From assembly GCA_000004985.1 (NCBI GenBank), contig GG738855.1: 64,000 bases of DNA; one strand, written 5' to 3'. Of the stretch, positions 26,301-35,118 are shown piece by piece. This stretch comes from Naegleria gruberi (taxonomy: Eukaryota). Under the pieces are notes generated by a model. That model made no database searches, was not told where the DNA came from, and saw only the letters and a program-made list of their open reading frames with translations. Positions within the stretch are counted from its first letter, which is position 1. Each line of letters opens with the position of its first letter. A program made the translations under genes and the position numbers.

Positions 26301-26950
26301 ACCAAAAACAGAAGAAAAGGAAGGAAGGGCCATAGGTCCATAATTACCCTTAGTATTCAAACAATCAACAAATTCATCTGGAGTGGATGACTTGTCACAG
26401 CCAGAACTCTTGATAATTGCAATTTCATTATCAATAGCACTTTGAATGGAAGAACCATCACACAAACCAACCTTAACTTCTGCTGNGAGGAATGCCAATG
26501 AAGCTTCAACTCTAACATCTTGGAACAATTCATATTACTCATTGAATTGATATCATAAAATGCAAAAGTAGTATCTCTTCTGGTGCAACATTGGTTATTA
26601 GAATTACCACAACATGGATCATTCTTCCATGCAGCATCAAGTGGAGAAATATTACAGGCACCTGAGAAATCATTCAAGGTAATTGGAGTTTTGTTATTCA
26701 AGGCGAGTCTTTGGGCAACTGTACAAGTACCTTCAGTATTTACATTGGTTCCTAGGAAGGCAAAGGCAGAAGCTCCCTTAGCAATTTTGAAAGCAGGTTG
26801 TGCATTAAAACCAGCATATTCAGCCTTAGCTTGAGCAGGAGTACAAAGTGGCTCTACATTATTTACAAGTGCTACTAAGATAGTAACTAGAATACACACA
26901 ACAACTAGTGAGACGTAGCTCTTTAGATTGTATTTACAGTGTATGTACAT
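20349..26950 (-). CDS. Large type I membrane protein with multiple EGF/tenascin-like modules, interrupted by assembly gaps; about 2100 aa if it is one gene
   Basis: The 26950-end ORF starts with ATG followed by a hydrophobic signal-like segment and a Cys-rich domain. It continues into at least 12 EGF-like modules of the form CSGNGKCIxNDTCQCNGGFNGKNCE, then a long S/T-rich extracellular region, and ends with a C-terminal transmembrane helix (AGLLAIVFSVLSVFLI) at 20349. A 50-N gap at 23778-23827 falls inside the EGF array. A single N at 26486 coincides with a +1 frame change between the signal-peptide ORF and the main ORF. Confidence 0.7.
23778..23827. other. Assembly gap (50 N) inside the EGF-repeat gene
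   Basis: An uninterrupted run of n characters in the sequence. Confidence 0.99.
24170..24835. repeat. Tandem coding repeat: at least 6 near-identical copies of a 126-129 bp EGF-module unit
   Basis: Direct repeats are visible in the nucleotide sequence. The units starting near 24421, 24541 and 24671 are about 90% identical, and each encodes one EGF module plus an Asn-rich linker (INNNNNNQPMPSCFGLLAN). Confidence 0.8.
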
Positions 26951-27335
26951 TTTTTTTGTTTTCGAATAGAAGTTGTAGTGTGGCAGATTGATTTATATAC
27001 CCCAACCCCAACCGGTTGATTGTAATAGAGATGATTTTCTGAGAGACGTTGTTGCTACCAATAGTTCATGTGTACAGTCGCTGATGGTACTAGATGGAGA
27101 GTTTTGTATTACATTAAACTTTTGTGCACTACAACGACTGAGAGATAGCAGAGATGAATGGCATAGATAATAGAAAAATCCATATTTGTATTCCTTTTTT
27201 GAAATGACAATTCCAAAAAACAAATTAAATCACCTCCCATCACTATTGTAATTGAAAATGGAGGGAAATATGTAGTTCAAAAAGGAGTTGTCGAAAAAGT
27301 TCAAGTGTCTCACTAACCAAATAATTAATTGATTT

Positions 27336-29591
27336 CTATTGAGATGTATAGGTTTCTGGTACGTTCAATAAGAATACAACACCATCATATCCACTCAATA
27401 AACACCAATTTTTGAGATCCTCATGTTTGGATGGGTGATATAAGCATCTGTGCATTGCCAATCTGATATCTGGTGTTAGCTTTTCATTTTTGAATCTAAA
27501 AGGTAGACGAGTGAATTTTTCGCCTGGGTTGTCTGCATCTTTAAAGTGATAAGGGAGTGAGTAGCATACATCAGCCTTATTTGACAATTTGTATGTCATT
27601 TCTGGATCAGTTTCAGAATAGTCATTATCATTTGTGACAAGTTCCACTTGTAAAAGCAAATCATCAACTCTATTATCGACTGCTCTTCTCTTCTTTCCCA
27701 TAGAATCTTGTTCTAATGATAATACTTCTATTCTTCCTGTTGCTGTAGCAACTAGAATACTAGAACGAGTTGATGAAATAGAAATATCCCATATTGGACC
27801 ATCACATGTAGAAAAAAGTTGGAAAGCATTTTCAACAGCATCAAATTGTCTAATGGTACCGTCGTGTGAAACAATAAGGAGAGCATTTGATTTTTCTGGA
27901 AACGCCACTCCAGTCATCCAAAAACGGTTTCCACTCAAAGAGGCATAATAAGGATAGAAAATATCCCTCACGTCCCAAATTTTGAAAAATCCATCATTAC
28001 TACATGTTGCAAAAATATATTCGTTCATAGTAGGATCAAACCAAGAGATACTTCGAATGGATAGGTCATTAGTTGGATGGCTATGTCCAAAAACAGAGAC
28101 TGCATGTTCGAGAATATTTCCCTCAGTATTATTAAGAACCTTCCAAAGTGAAATTGTACCATCATGATAACCACTCACAAAATATTTTAAACTAGGAGAC
28201 CATGAAATAGTGTATGGTACCTTTAGAGAGGCATTATTTTCAGAATCATGCTGTAATTGAGAGTAAACTTCTGGTTTGAGCGATATTACAAGCCTTTCAT
28301 CTTTTCCTAGTTTAATATTATTCTTCGATTCGTATTCTGATAAAATCTGTGAGTAGTGAGGCACGTTCAAAATAATGACAGTTCCATCAGAACATGCACA
28401 AGCTAATATTCCAAGTCTTTCATTTTTTACATATGAATTTGGCATCCATTTCAAATCCCAAATAAATCCATGATCGTGCTCAATATAGAATTGGACATAT
28501 GGATCCCTATTCAATTGCTTATCCGAAAGTTTTCCAAAATTCCAAATTTGAATTTTTCCACAATGTTCAACATCTGAAATTGTTGGAACTTTCACATTAC
28601 TATGACTAGCATCGAATAATTCTCCTTTCATTGTTGGCTTTCCTGTTTTATGAAATGATGAATGAAGAGTATGAGGTGCAATGGCAACAAGTTGTTCCTC
28701 CTCAGCTGAAGGTCGACTCACCCAATCCAAAGCCCAAATAGGTGCTCCAATATTTAACATGGCAGCTGAACATTCAGTACCAACTCTTGTTGCTGTATGA
28801 AGATCCAAATTAATTTCACTACATCCTCTTTCATTAGTATCACATTCAGTGTATCCTTTTCTTTCTTTTTGAGGTTCTGTGTTTAATAGAATAGTCTTGG
28901 AAAACTTTTTTTGTGCTTGTTGTGGAAAAGTGACAACATCAGTGATGGATATTTTCCTAATATTTACAATTGACGAAACTCTATCTGGACATGAAGATGC
29001 CGAGTCCAAACTTTCATTTGTGATATAATCAGTCAAATAACGAACATCTTTTGTTTTTTTCTTTGTTGATGACTTTTTTGTAGAGGCTTTCTTTGTTCGG
29101 GTGGGTGTTTTAGTTGGTGTTTTTGGTTCGGATTTACTTTTAGTTGGTGTTTTTGTTTTTGTTGGTGTTTTTGGCTTCTTTGTTGCTGATGATTTCTTTT
29201 TCTTCTTTGATTTTGGTTCGTATTCTTCCTCTTCTTCCTCTTCTGAATCTAATTCACTTACTACTTCTTCCTCTTCTTCATTATCGGAGGGAACATATTC
29301 CTCTTCCTTTTTCCTCTTCTTTTCNNNNNNNNNNNNNNNNNNNNNNNNNNNNNNNNNNNNNNNNNNNNNNNNNNNNNNNNNNNNNNNNNNNNNNNNNNNN
29401 NNNNNNNNNNNNNNNNNNNNNNNNNNNNNNNNNNNNNNNNNNNNNNNNNNNNNNNNNNNNNNNNNNNNNNNNNNNNNNNNNNNNNNNNAAGCTCGTGGTT
29501 TTCTTGTTCTCTTTGATCGGGTTGTTCTTGGTGGAGTTGAAGCAGATTCATCATCTTCATTCTCTGTTTCTTCCTTCTTTTTTCTTGGCAT
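27336..29591 (-). CDS. WD40 beta-propeller protein with a basic, KTPT- and acidic-rich N-terminal low-complexity region (contains an assembly gap); 751+ aa
   Basis: ATG-initiated ORF. The C-terminal 450 aa shows WD-repeat signatures (GHSHPTNDLSIRSISW, SGYHDGTISLWKV, CSNDGFFKIWDV, VSHDGTIRQF). The N-terminus is Lys/Glu-rich with a TKTKTPTKSK repeat. A run of 164 N at 29325-29488 falls within this low-complexity region. A role as a TFIIIC-beta-like or chromatin WD protein is possible but unproven. Confidence 0.6.
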   Translation of the reverse strand: MPRKKKEETENEDDESASTPPRTTRSKRTRKPRAXXXXXXXXXXXXXXXXXXXXXXXXXXXXXXXXXXXXXXXXXXXXXXXXXXXXXXXEKKRKKEEEYVPSDNEEEEEVVSELDSEEEEEEEYEPKSKKKKKSSATKKPKTPTKTKTPTKSKSEPKTPTKTPTRTKKASTKKSSTKKKTKDVRYLTDYITNESLDSASSCPDRVSSIVNIRKISITDVVTFPQQAQKKFSKTILLNTEPQKERKGYTECDTNERGCSEINLDLHTATRVGTECSAAMLNIGAPIWALDWVSRPSAEEEQLVAIAPHTLHSSFHKTGKPTMKGELFDASHSNVKVPTISDVEHCGKIQIWNFGKLSDKQLNRDPYVQFYIEHDHGFIWDLKWMPNSYVKNERLGILACACSDGTVIILNVPHYSQILSEYESKNNIKLGKDERLVISLKPEVYSQLQHDSENNASLKVPYTISWSPSLKYFVSGYHDGTISLWKVLNNTEGNILEHAVSVFGHSHPTNDLSIRSISWFDPTMNEYIFATCSNDGFFKIWDVRDIFYPYYASLSGNRFWMTGVAFPEKSNALLIVSHDGTIRQFDAVENAFQLFSTCDGPIWDISISSTRSSILVATATGRIEVLSLEQDSMGKKRRAVDNRVDDLLLQVELVTNDNDYSETDPEMTYKLSNKADVCYSLPYHFKDADNPGEKFTRLPFRFKNEKLTPDIRLAMHRCLYHPSKHEDLKNWCLLSGYDGVVFLLNVPETYTSQ
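29325..29488. other. Assembly gap (164 N) inside the WD40 gene low-complexity region
   Basis: A run of n characters. Confidence 0.99.
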
Positions 29592-29652
29592 TTTTTATAA
29601 AGGGAGAATGTGAAACATAAAAGTACTTAATAATAATCAACAAATATTTAAT

Positions 29653-31479
29653 TTACAATTTGGAGACGAATTGATAAACAAATTGGCTTTGTCCATTTTC
29701 TTCCTTCCATTCTCTTTGAACATTTGAAACAACTTCCTTCAATCTTGGGTAGGCACAATCAACTTGCCAGTTTCCGAAAATATCACTCAAGATGGAGTCA
29801 ACATACCAGATTGGAGCAGTTGACAATTCCTTCTCGAAATCCTTGATAGCACAAGATGCACTTCCTTGCCATCCACCCTTTTGTAAAACAATGCTGGCAA
29901 CCTTTCTTTCAATAACATCACTGAACTTGTTCATGTCATTGGCACTAATCTTACCATCTTGAACACCTGGTTGATCATATGCATTAATAGCGCGGAAAGC
30001 AGCCAAAATTGAAACAATTCTTTCTTCCAAAGCAATCATCATACCAATGTTGAACATATCACATTGTTCATATGTACATGAGAGGAATGGTTTACCATTC
30101 TTATACAGAGCATTTTCAGTACCCTTAATGAAACCAAGCATTTGTCTACCCATACTCAAATAGCTTGTTCCCTTCTTGGAATATTCAGTCAAATCACTGG
30201 CAGCAACCTTTTCACCGGCAAGTTCTTGCTTATCGGTTGGGTCAAGAACTGAATAATCAGAGTTTCTCTTCAAATAGTAAACAAATTTAACAATGCAATC
30301 ATTGATACCCTTTTGAACTTGTTGCATGAAGGCATGTTGTTCACCAGTACCAACACCACCAAAAACAGTTTGACCTTCTGGACTTTCAACACCAGAATTT
30401 TCAGAGAATTGTTTACCCAAACTTTCCATATACAATTGTTGTAAATAGTGAGCAAATTCACGGAGTGAATCAGAATAGCCAAGAACAATCAAATTCTTTC
30501 TACCATGTCTCTTTTGATAATGATCCATAAGAATAGCTGTAACTAAGGCTGGATTCTTCAATTGATTTTCAACTGTATCAAATCTTCTGGTCATTTCATC
30601 CATGTAAGATTGACCACGCAAGAATCCAGCAAAGTCCAATTTAGCAAAAGCAGCTGGAACCATTCCAATAGCACTACCAACACTAGTTCTACCACCAGTT
30701 TCTTCGTTCATGTAGAATGTATGTAAGAAGTGATTCTTTTGAGCAAACTTGTCAAAGTTACTATTCTTTGTAGTAATAGCAATATTATATGAACCAATAT
30801 TACCATTTTGTGCAATACCTCTGTCCAATAATAATCTATTGAAAGTATTCATATTTCCCTTAGTTTCGGCAGTACCACCACTCTTTGACATGTTAACAAG
30901 TAAACTTTCGCTCAACTCCAAAACACCCTTCTCTCCAAAAAGTTGATCAAAACTATCAGAGTCAGTATTACTGACAAAGTATAACTTTGGCAAACCTTCT
31001 TTTTCTTGCAAATCATTGAAATAAATACCCTTCATGGCAACACATAACAACAATGGTCCCAAATAAGATCCACCAATACCATTGAAAATGACATTCTTGT
31101 AAGCCTTTCCTGTTTGTTCATTCTTTAATTGACCACTAATAATTTTACCAACTTTTTCATTAATATCATTCCATAACTTTAAACTATCATCCAATGATTT
31201 TCCAGCAACTGTTGATGAAGCCAAACGTAAATTATAGTGATCAACACTACGATTTTCTGATTCCGATGCAATAACAGTCTTATTTACAATTTGTCCATTT
31301 TCAATTTCTTTAATCTTTTGAGCAGCAACTTTAACTGCATGAACATAATTTTCCTTCAATAGTGTTTGAATAGTTGTTGTTGGTGATGCTGTTTGAGACA
31401 AGAATCCAGAAATATTAAAAGTAAAATTAGTTTCCTTGTCGTGGAAAATATATCCAGGTGTAGTGTAGAGTTTATCCAT
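29653..31479 (-). CDS. PGI: Glucose-6-phosphate isomerase of divergent bacterial-like type, about 608 aa
   Basis: Phosphoglucose isomerase (SIS-domain) signatures are present: GIGGSYLGP, GGRTSVGSAIG, QLYMESLGK, GTGEQHAFMQ and INAYDQPGVQDGK. It lacks the canonical DMESNGK and GTNGQHAF forms. The track ORF starts at a TTG at 31557, and the first ATG (MDKLYTT...) is at 31479. Confidence 0.8.
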   Translation of the reverse strand: MDKLYTTPGYIFHDKETNFTFNISGFLSQTASPTTTIQTLLKENYVHAVKVAAQKIKEIENGQIVNKTVIASESENRSVDHYNLRLASSTVAGKSLDDSLKLWNDINEKVGKIISGQLKNEQTGKAYKNVIFNGIGGSYLGPLLLCVAMKGIYFNDLQEKEGLPKLYFVSNTDSDSFDQLFGEKGVLELSESLLVNMSKSGGTAETKGNMNTFNRLLLDRGIAQNGNIGSYNIAITTKNSNFDKFAQKNHFLHTFYMNEETGGRTSVGSAIGMVPAAFAKLDFAGFLRGQSYMDEMTRRFDTVENQLKNPALVTAILMDHYQKRHGRKNLIVLGYSDSLREFAHYLQQLYMESLGKQFSENSGVESPEGQTVFGGVGTGEQHAFMQQVQKGINDCIVKFVYYLKRNSDYSVLDPTDKQELAGEKVAASDLTEYSKKGTSYLSMGRQMLGFIKGTENALYKNGKPFLSCTYEQCDMFNIGMMIALEERIVSILAAFRAINAYDQPGVQDGKISANDMNKFSDVIERKVASIVLQKGGWQGSASCAIKDFEKELSTAPIWYVDSILSDIFGNWQVDCAYPRLKEVVSNVQREWKEENGQSQFVYQFVSKL

Positions 31480-31866
31480 TTTGTTATTGACTAAAGTAAT
31501 TTGATGATGAATGTGATAATAGTTGGTATGTTGAGTTGATACTTCTTGGTACAACACTTACAATTTTTTTTAAACTTGTTTGCTAAGCTGAAGGTTTCAA
31601 AGTGACTTTTTGAATCTTTTGTTGTTGCGACTATCGACCCATTTAAGGTATTTTCGACGTGAGGATGCATTTTTTATTTAATTAATTTCTCCTCATTTGA
31701 TTGAGGCGATGAAGCATTGATGAATTCGTGAGGATAAAGTTATTCAGGCATGCTATTTAATATTGCTCCGATTTGTTGCATTAGTTGGAAGTGAAAAATT
31801 GTGAAAAGGATCAATAATAATAATTTAATGATTTATTTTTGATGGCAATAAATAATAGGTGTGGAT

Positions 31867-32364
31867 TTACTTGTCTAAATCAGAAAGGTCTGGCTTTTCT
31901 TCATCTTCTTCGTCTTCATCATTTCCGACAACCATATCATCTTCATCTCCTTGTGGTGGATAGAAATTGTCCATACCAAAATCATTAACATCACCTCCAG
32001 ATTGATTCCAATCATAATTATCTTCTTCTTCATCATCTTCATCAATCCACTTTGACCAATCAACAGCAATATTTCTATTCTTGATGTTGGATTTAGTGAG
32101 TCTTGGCCAGAATTCGCCACTCTCGGTTCTTTCAATGTTAAGATCAATAGATCTACCAGACACTTTCCATTTTGATTTTTCGGTATTGATTTCACCAAAC
32201 AATTCCAATTCCAATTCATACTTGTTTTCACCTCCTGTTGCTGAAAACTTTAAAATACTATTATCCAATGAAACTTTGACATCTGTAGCATCTGGGACTT
32301 CAACAGTCACATAGACACGATCGGCTCTTGGAGCCCACAAAACGTGAGGAACATGTACAGACAT
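31867..32364 (-). CDS. p23/prostaglandin-E-synthase-3-like HSP90 co-chaperone (CS domain plus acidic tail), 165 aa
   Basis: The CS-domain beta-sandwich is collinear with p23 (WAPRADRVYVTVEV...SILKFSATGG...WPRLTK). It is followed by the characteristic DE-rich C-terminal tail ending in DLSDLDK. Confidence 0.8.
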   Translation of the reverse strand: MSVHVPHVLWAPRADRVYVTVEVPDATDVKVSLDNSILKFSATGGENKYELELELFGEINTEKSKWKVSGRSIDLNIERTESGEFWPRLTKSNIKNRNIAVDWSKWIDEDDEEEDNYDWNQSGGDVNDFGMDNFYPPQGDEDDMVVGNDEDEEDEEKPDLSDLDK

Positions 32365-32428
32365 TTTTTTAAGAATTGTGTATTTGATTAAATTCCGAGA
32401 ACAACAAGATCATTCCGAATAATATTTA

Positions 32429-32674
32429 TTATTTTCGGAACATACAACAATTTTTGTTCTTCACATTGTCGAAAATTATAGAGTTGGTGATTATTTTGAT
32501 AGGATGTAAAATATCAAAGATAACCAATGTTTTAATGTTTTGCTCTAAATCTTCCATTCTCTCATTCAAAACACCCTTAATTTCCCTATCTAATGCATTA
32601 ATTTTCATGAGAACATTTAAATCAATCATTAGAAAGAAAGCAATATTTATATCTTTGAAGTTGTTGCAAACCAT
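32429..32674 (-). CDS. Possible small coiled-coil protein (about 60-80 aa)
   Basis: A minus-strand ORF encodes an amphipathic segment (MKINALDREIKGVLNERMEDLEQNIKTLV). It lies in a 730-bp region with no other gene. The overlapping plus-strand ORF 32454..32864 looks like antisense junk. This is a weak call. Confidence 0.2.
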   Translation of the reverse strand: MVCNNFKDINIAFFLMIDLNVLMKINALDREIKGVLNERMEDLEQNIKTLVIFDILHPIKIITNSIIFDNVKNKNCCMFRK

Positions 32675-33094
32675 GATAGATCGATCACCTTCTGTATATT
32701 CTATTCTATCAATATTGACATTAACTTTTCCAATAGAATATTGCGAAGAAATGGACGAAGATTTTGATGAAATTTATTCGGATGAAACAAACTTGTCTTG
32801 TTATTCCAGAGTACAACATCGTTTTCGAAAAATCAAGTTAAAATTAGTATCTACCGAATCTTGAATATTAAAGATTGGTGGTGATTATTTTGCTATGTTA
32901 AATATTATCTTGAAAGTGGAATCTCTCCCTGTTGAAATAAAATAGACAGTATTAAGGTTCCATTTTTTGGTGGGAAGAAGTTGGCGCCAAAACATTAAAA
33001 AAAAATACAACAAGATTAATTCGAGTAGAAACCCCATCACGAGTCGAGTCAGTTGTATAGTAATTGTGCTAGGAAGCTAGATTGTAAATAGTGA

Positions 33095-35117
33095 ATGAAT
33101 ATAAATATAATGGGTTTTCAGGATTATGATATTATTGAAGAGCTAGGATCTGGTTCCTACGGAAAAGTTTTCACTGTTCGGGATCGAAGAACTGGAGAAA
33201 TTTGTGTTCAGAAAATTGTTAGCCTAGATGGAGTTGATGAAAAGGATAGAGAAGAAACATTAAATGAGGTTCGTAGGAGTAATTATAATACAGTGCATTG
33301 ACTCTGAATAGGCTCGTTTAATGAGCCAGTGTGAACATTTCAATATCATTAAATATTTGGACTCTTTCATCGAGAATAACTACCTATGTATTATTATGGA
33401 ATATGCATCTGGAGGGGATCTGACAAAGAAAATTAAAGCACAACAGGGAAAACCATTCAAGGAAGATTTAGTGTGGAACTTTTTGATACAGATATCTCAA
33501 GGGTTGAAATATTTGCATGACAAGAGAATTTTGGTAAGTTTGTAAATTATTACAAATATTAAACTGATCACATATTATAGCACAGAGATCTTAAACCTCA
33601 AAATATATTTCTAGATGCAGAGGATAATATTAAAATTGGAGATATGGGTTTAGGAAGAATACTAGGACCTCAATCCTCTTTCGCCTCATCAAATGTAGGA
33701 ACACCTCTTTATCAAAGCCCTGAGCTGTGTCAGGAAAAGCCTTACAATCATAAGAGTGACATTTGGGCTTTTGGATGTCTTTTATATGAGCTAGCAGCTT
33801 TTTCACCTCCATTCTTAGCAACAAATCAGATAGCTCTAGCAAAGTAAGTCTCTTTGTTATACTAAATATACTTATGTTATAATAGGAAAATTGTTGGTGA
33901 TAGACCAAACAGTCTTCCCAAAATCTATTCTATGGAACTTCAATTTTTAATATTTAAAATGTTAGAAAAGGAGCCAAGTAAGAGACCAGATATAAACCAA
34001 ATATTGAATTATTCGGCTGTAAAGTTGAGAATTCAAAAGGCTAAGCTTAGACACAAGGAGTTAAAATTGAAGGAGCAATTTTTAACTTTGGAAAAACAAT
34101 TGAGAATGGATTATGAGACAAAAATTGATATGCTCGAAAGGAAACTCTCTGATTACAGATACCAGGAGGAGCAAGTGCAAATGGAAAGAGAAAATATTGT
34201 ACGTAAATAATTCTTAACATGGAATCTAATAATTTGTTATCTCACAACAGAGAGAAAGAGCTCAAGAGCTGGATAAGAAAGAGAATGGGCTGAGAGAACT
34301 CGAGGAAAAACTGCTGAGAAAGCAACACCAACTCAATGAGCTCATAAAACATGGGCATGTTATTATTTCAACACCAAATTCTGGGATTGGTCCCACCATC
34401 ACACCAAGCATACCATCGCCATTTACTTCGCCTGTGAAAGAGCACGGGACACCACAGAGAAAGGTCGACAGTAAATATTATAAACCTGAAACAACTAAGG
34501 TAGTACAAGAAAAGTTCAACTCACTCTATAACATGTTCCATGAACAACAACCAAATAATAGTCCTAATGCTCAGAAAGCTCGATCAGCACCATCAACACC
34601 TGTTAAAAAGCGAACCGATGCAGTTCCAAAGACTCCAAGCCCTAAACCTGTTCACAGACCAAAGAGCAATGGCAATGCTCCTCTTGAACACACACCAAAA
34701 CAAAAACGAAAGAATTCCAATCCTCCATCAACACCAAATGTAAACTCTTCCCAGGTGAGTGTTGGATCCTCAGTCCAGTTAGACTCTAAATTTGTTGGTA
34801 AGGTAATGGGTAAAATAATGCAGAAGAAGCAAACTACTGAGACACCACTAGGAAATAAGGGAAGAAAGCTAGGTATGGGAGGTTCTCCAGATGAAGGTTT
34901 GGTTGATAATAGGGTAAAGAAAAAGTTATCATTTGAAGAAAGTGAACCAACCTTATTCAGACCAATGCCAAGAACATCGCCCACATCAAGGCACTTTGAC
35001 TTTAGAATTTCAGAACCCAAAATAGAGATTGAAGAGTTCAATTCAGATGAAGAAAACTCAGAAGAAGACCTGTTCGTTTTAAGGAGGAAACTGAAAAATG
35101 AAGAACTAAACAAATAA
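33095..35117 (+). CDS. NIMA-related (NEK) Ser/Thr protein kinase; 5 exons join(33095..33268,33312..33533,33581..33843,33886..34198,34251..35117), about 612 aa
   Basis: Kinase subdomains are reconstituted across four 43-52 nt introns: GSGSYGKV in exon 1, HRDLKPQN across the 33534..33580 intron (GTAAGT...TATAG), DMGLGR, GTPLYQSPE, and LAK|KIVGDRP across the 33844..33885 intron. All exon phases are consistent. The C-terminal half is coiled-coil and basic S/P-rich. Confidence 0.85.
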
Positions 35118-35118
35118 T

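Noticed and set aside
29101-29620. Two plus-strand ORFs of about 160-170 aa running through the 164-N gap
   Set aside because: They are artefacts of translating N as X across the gap, on the antisense strand of the WD40 gene.
34540-35113. ORFs 34540..34743 (+) and 34652..35113 (-) overlapping the last NEK exon
   Set aside because: These are alternative-frame and antisense readings of the basic S/P-rich C-terminal exon of the NEK kinase, whose frame is fixed by the splice phase from exon 4.
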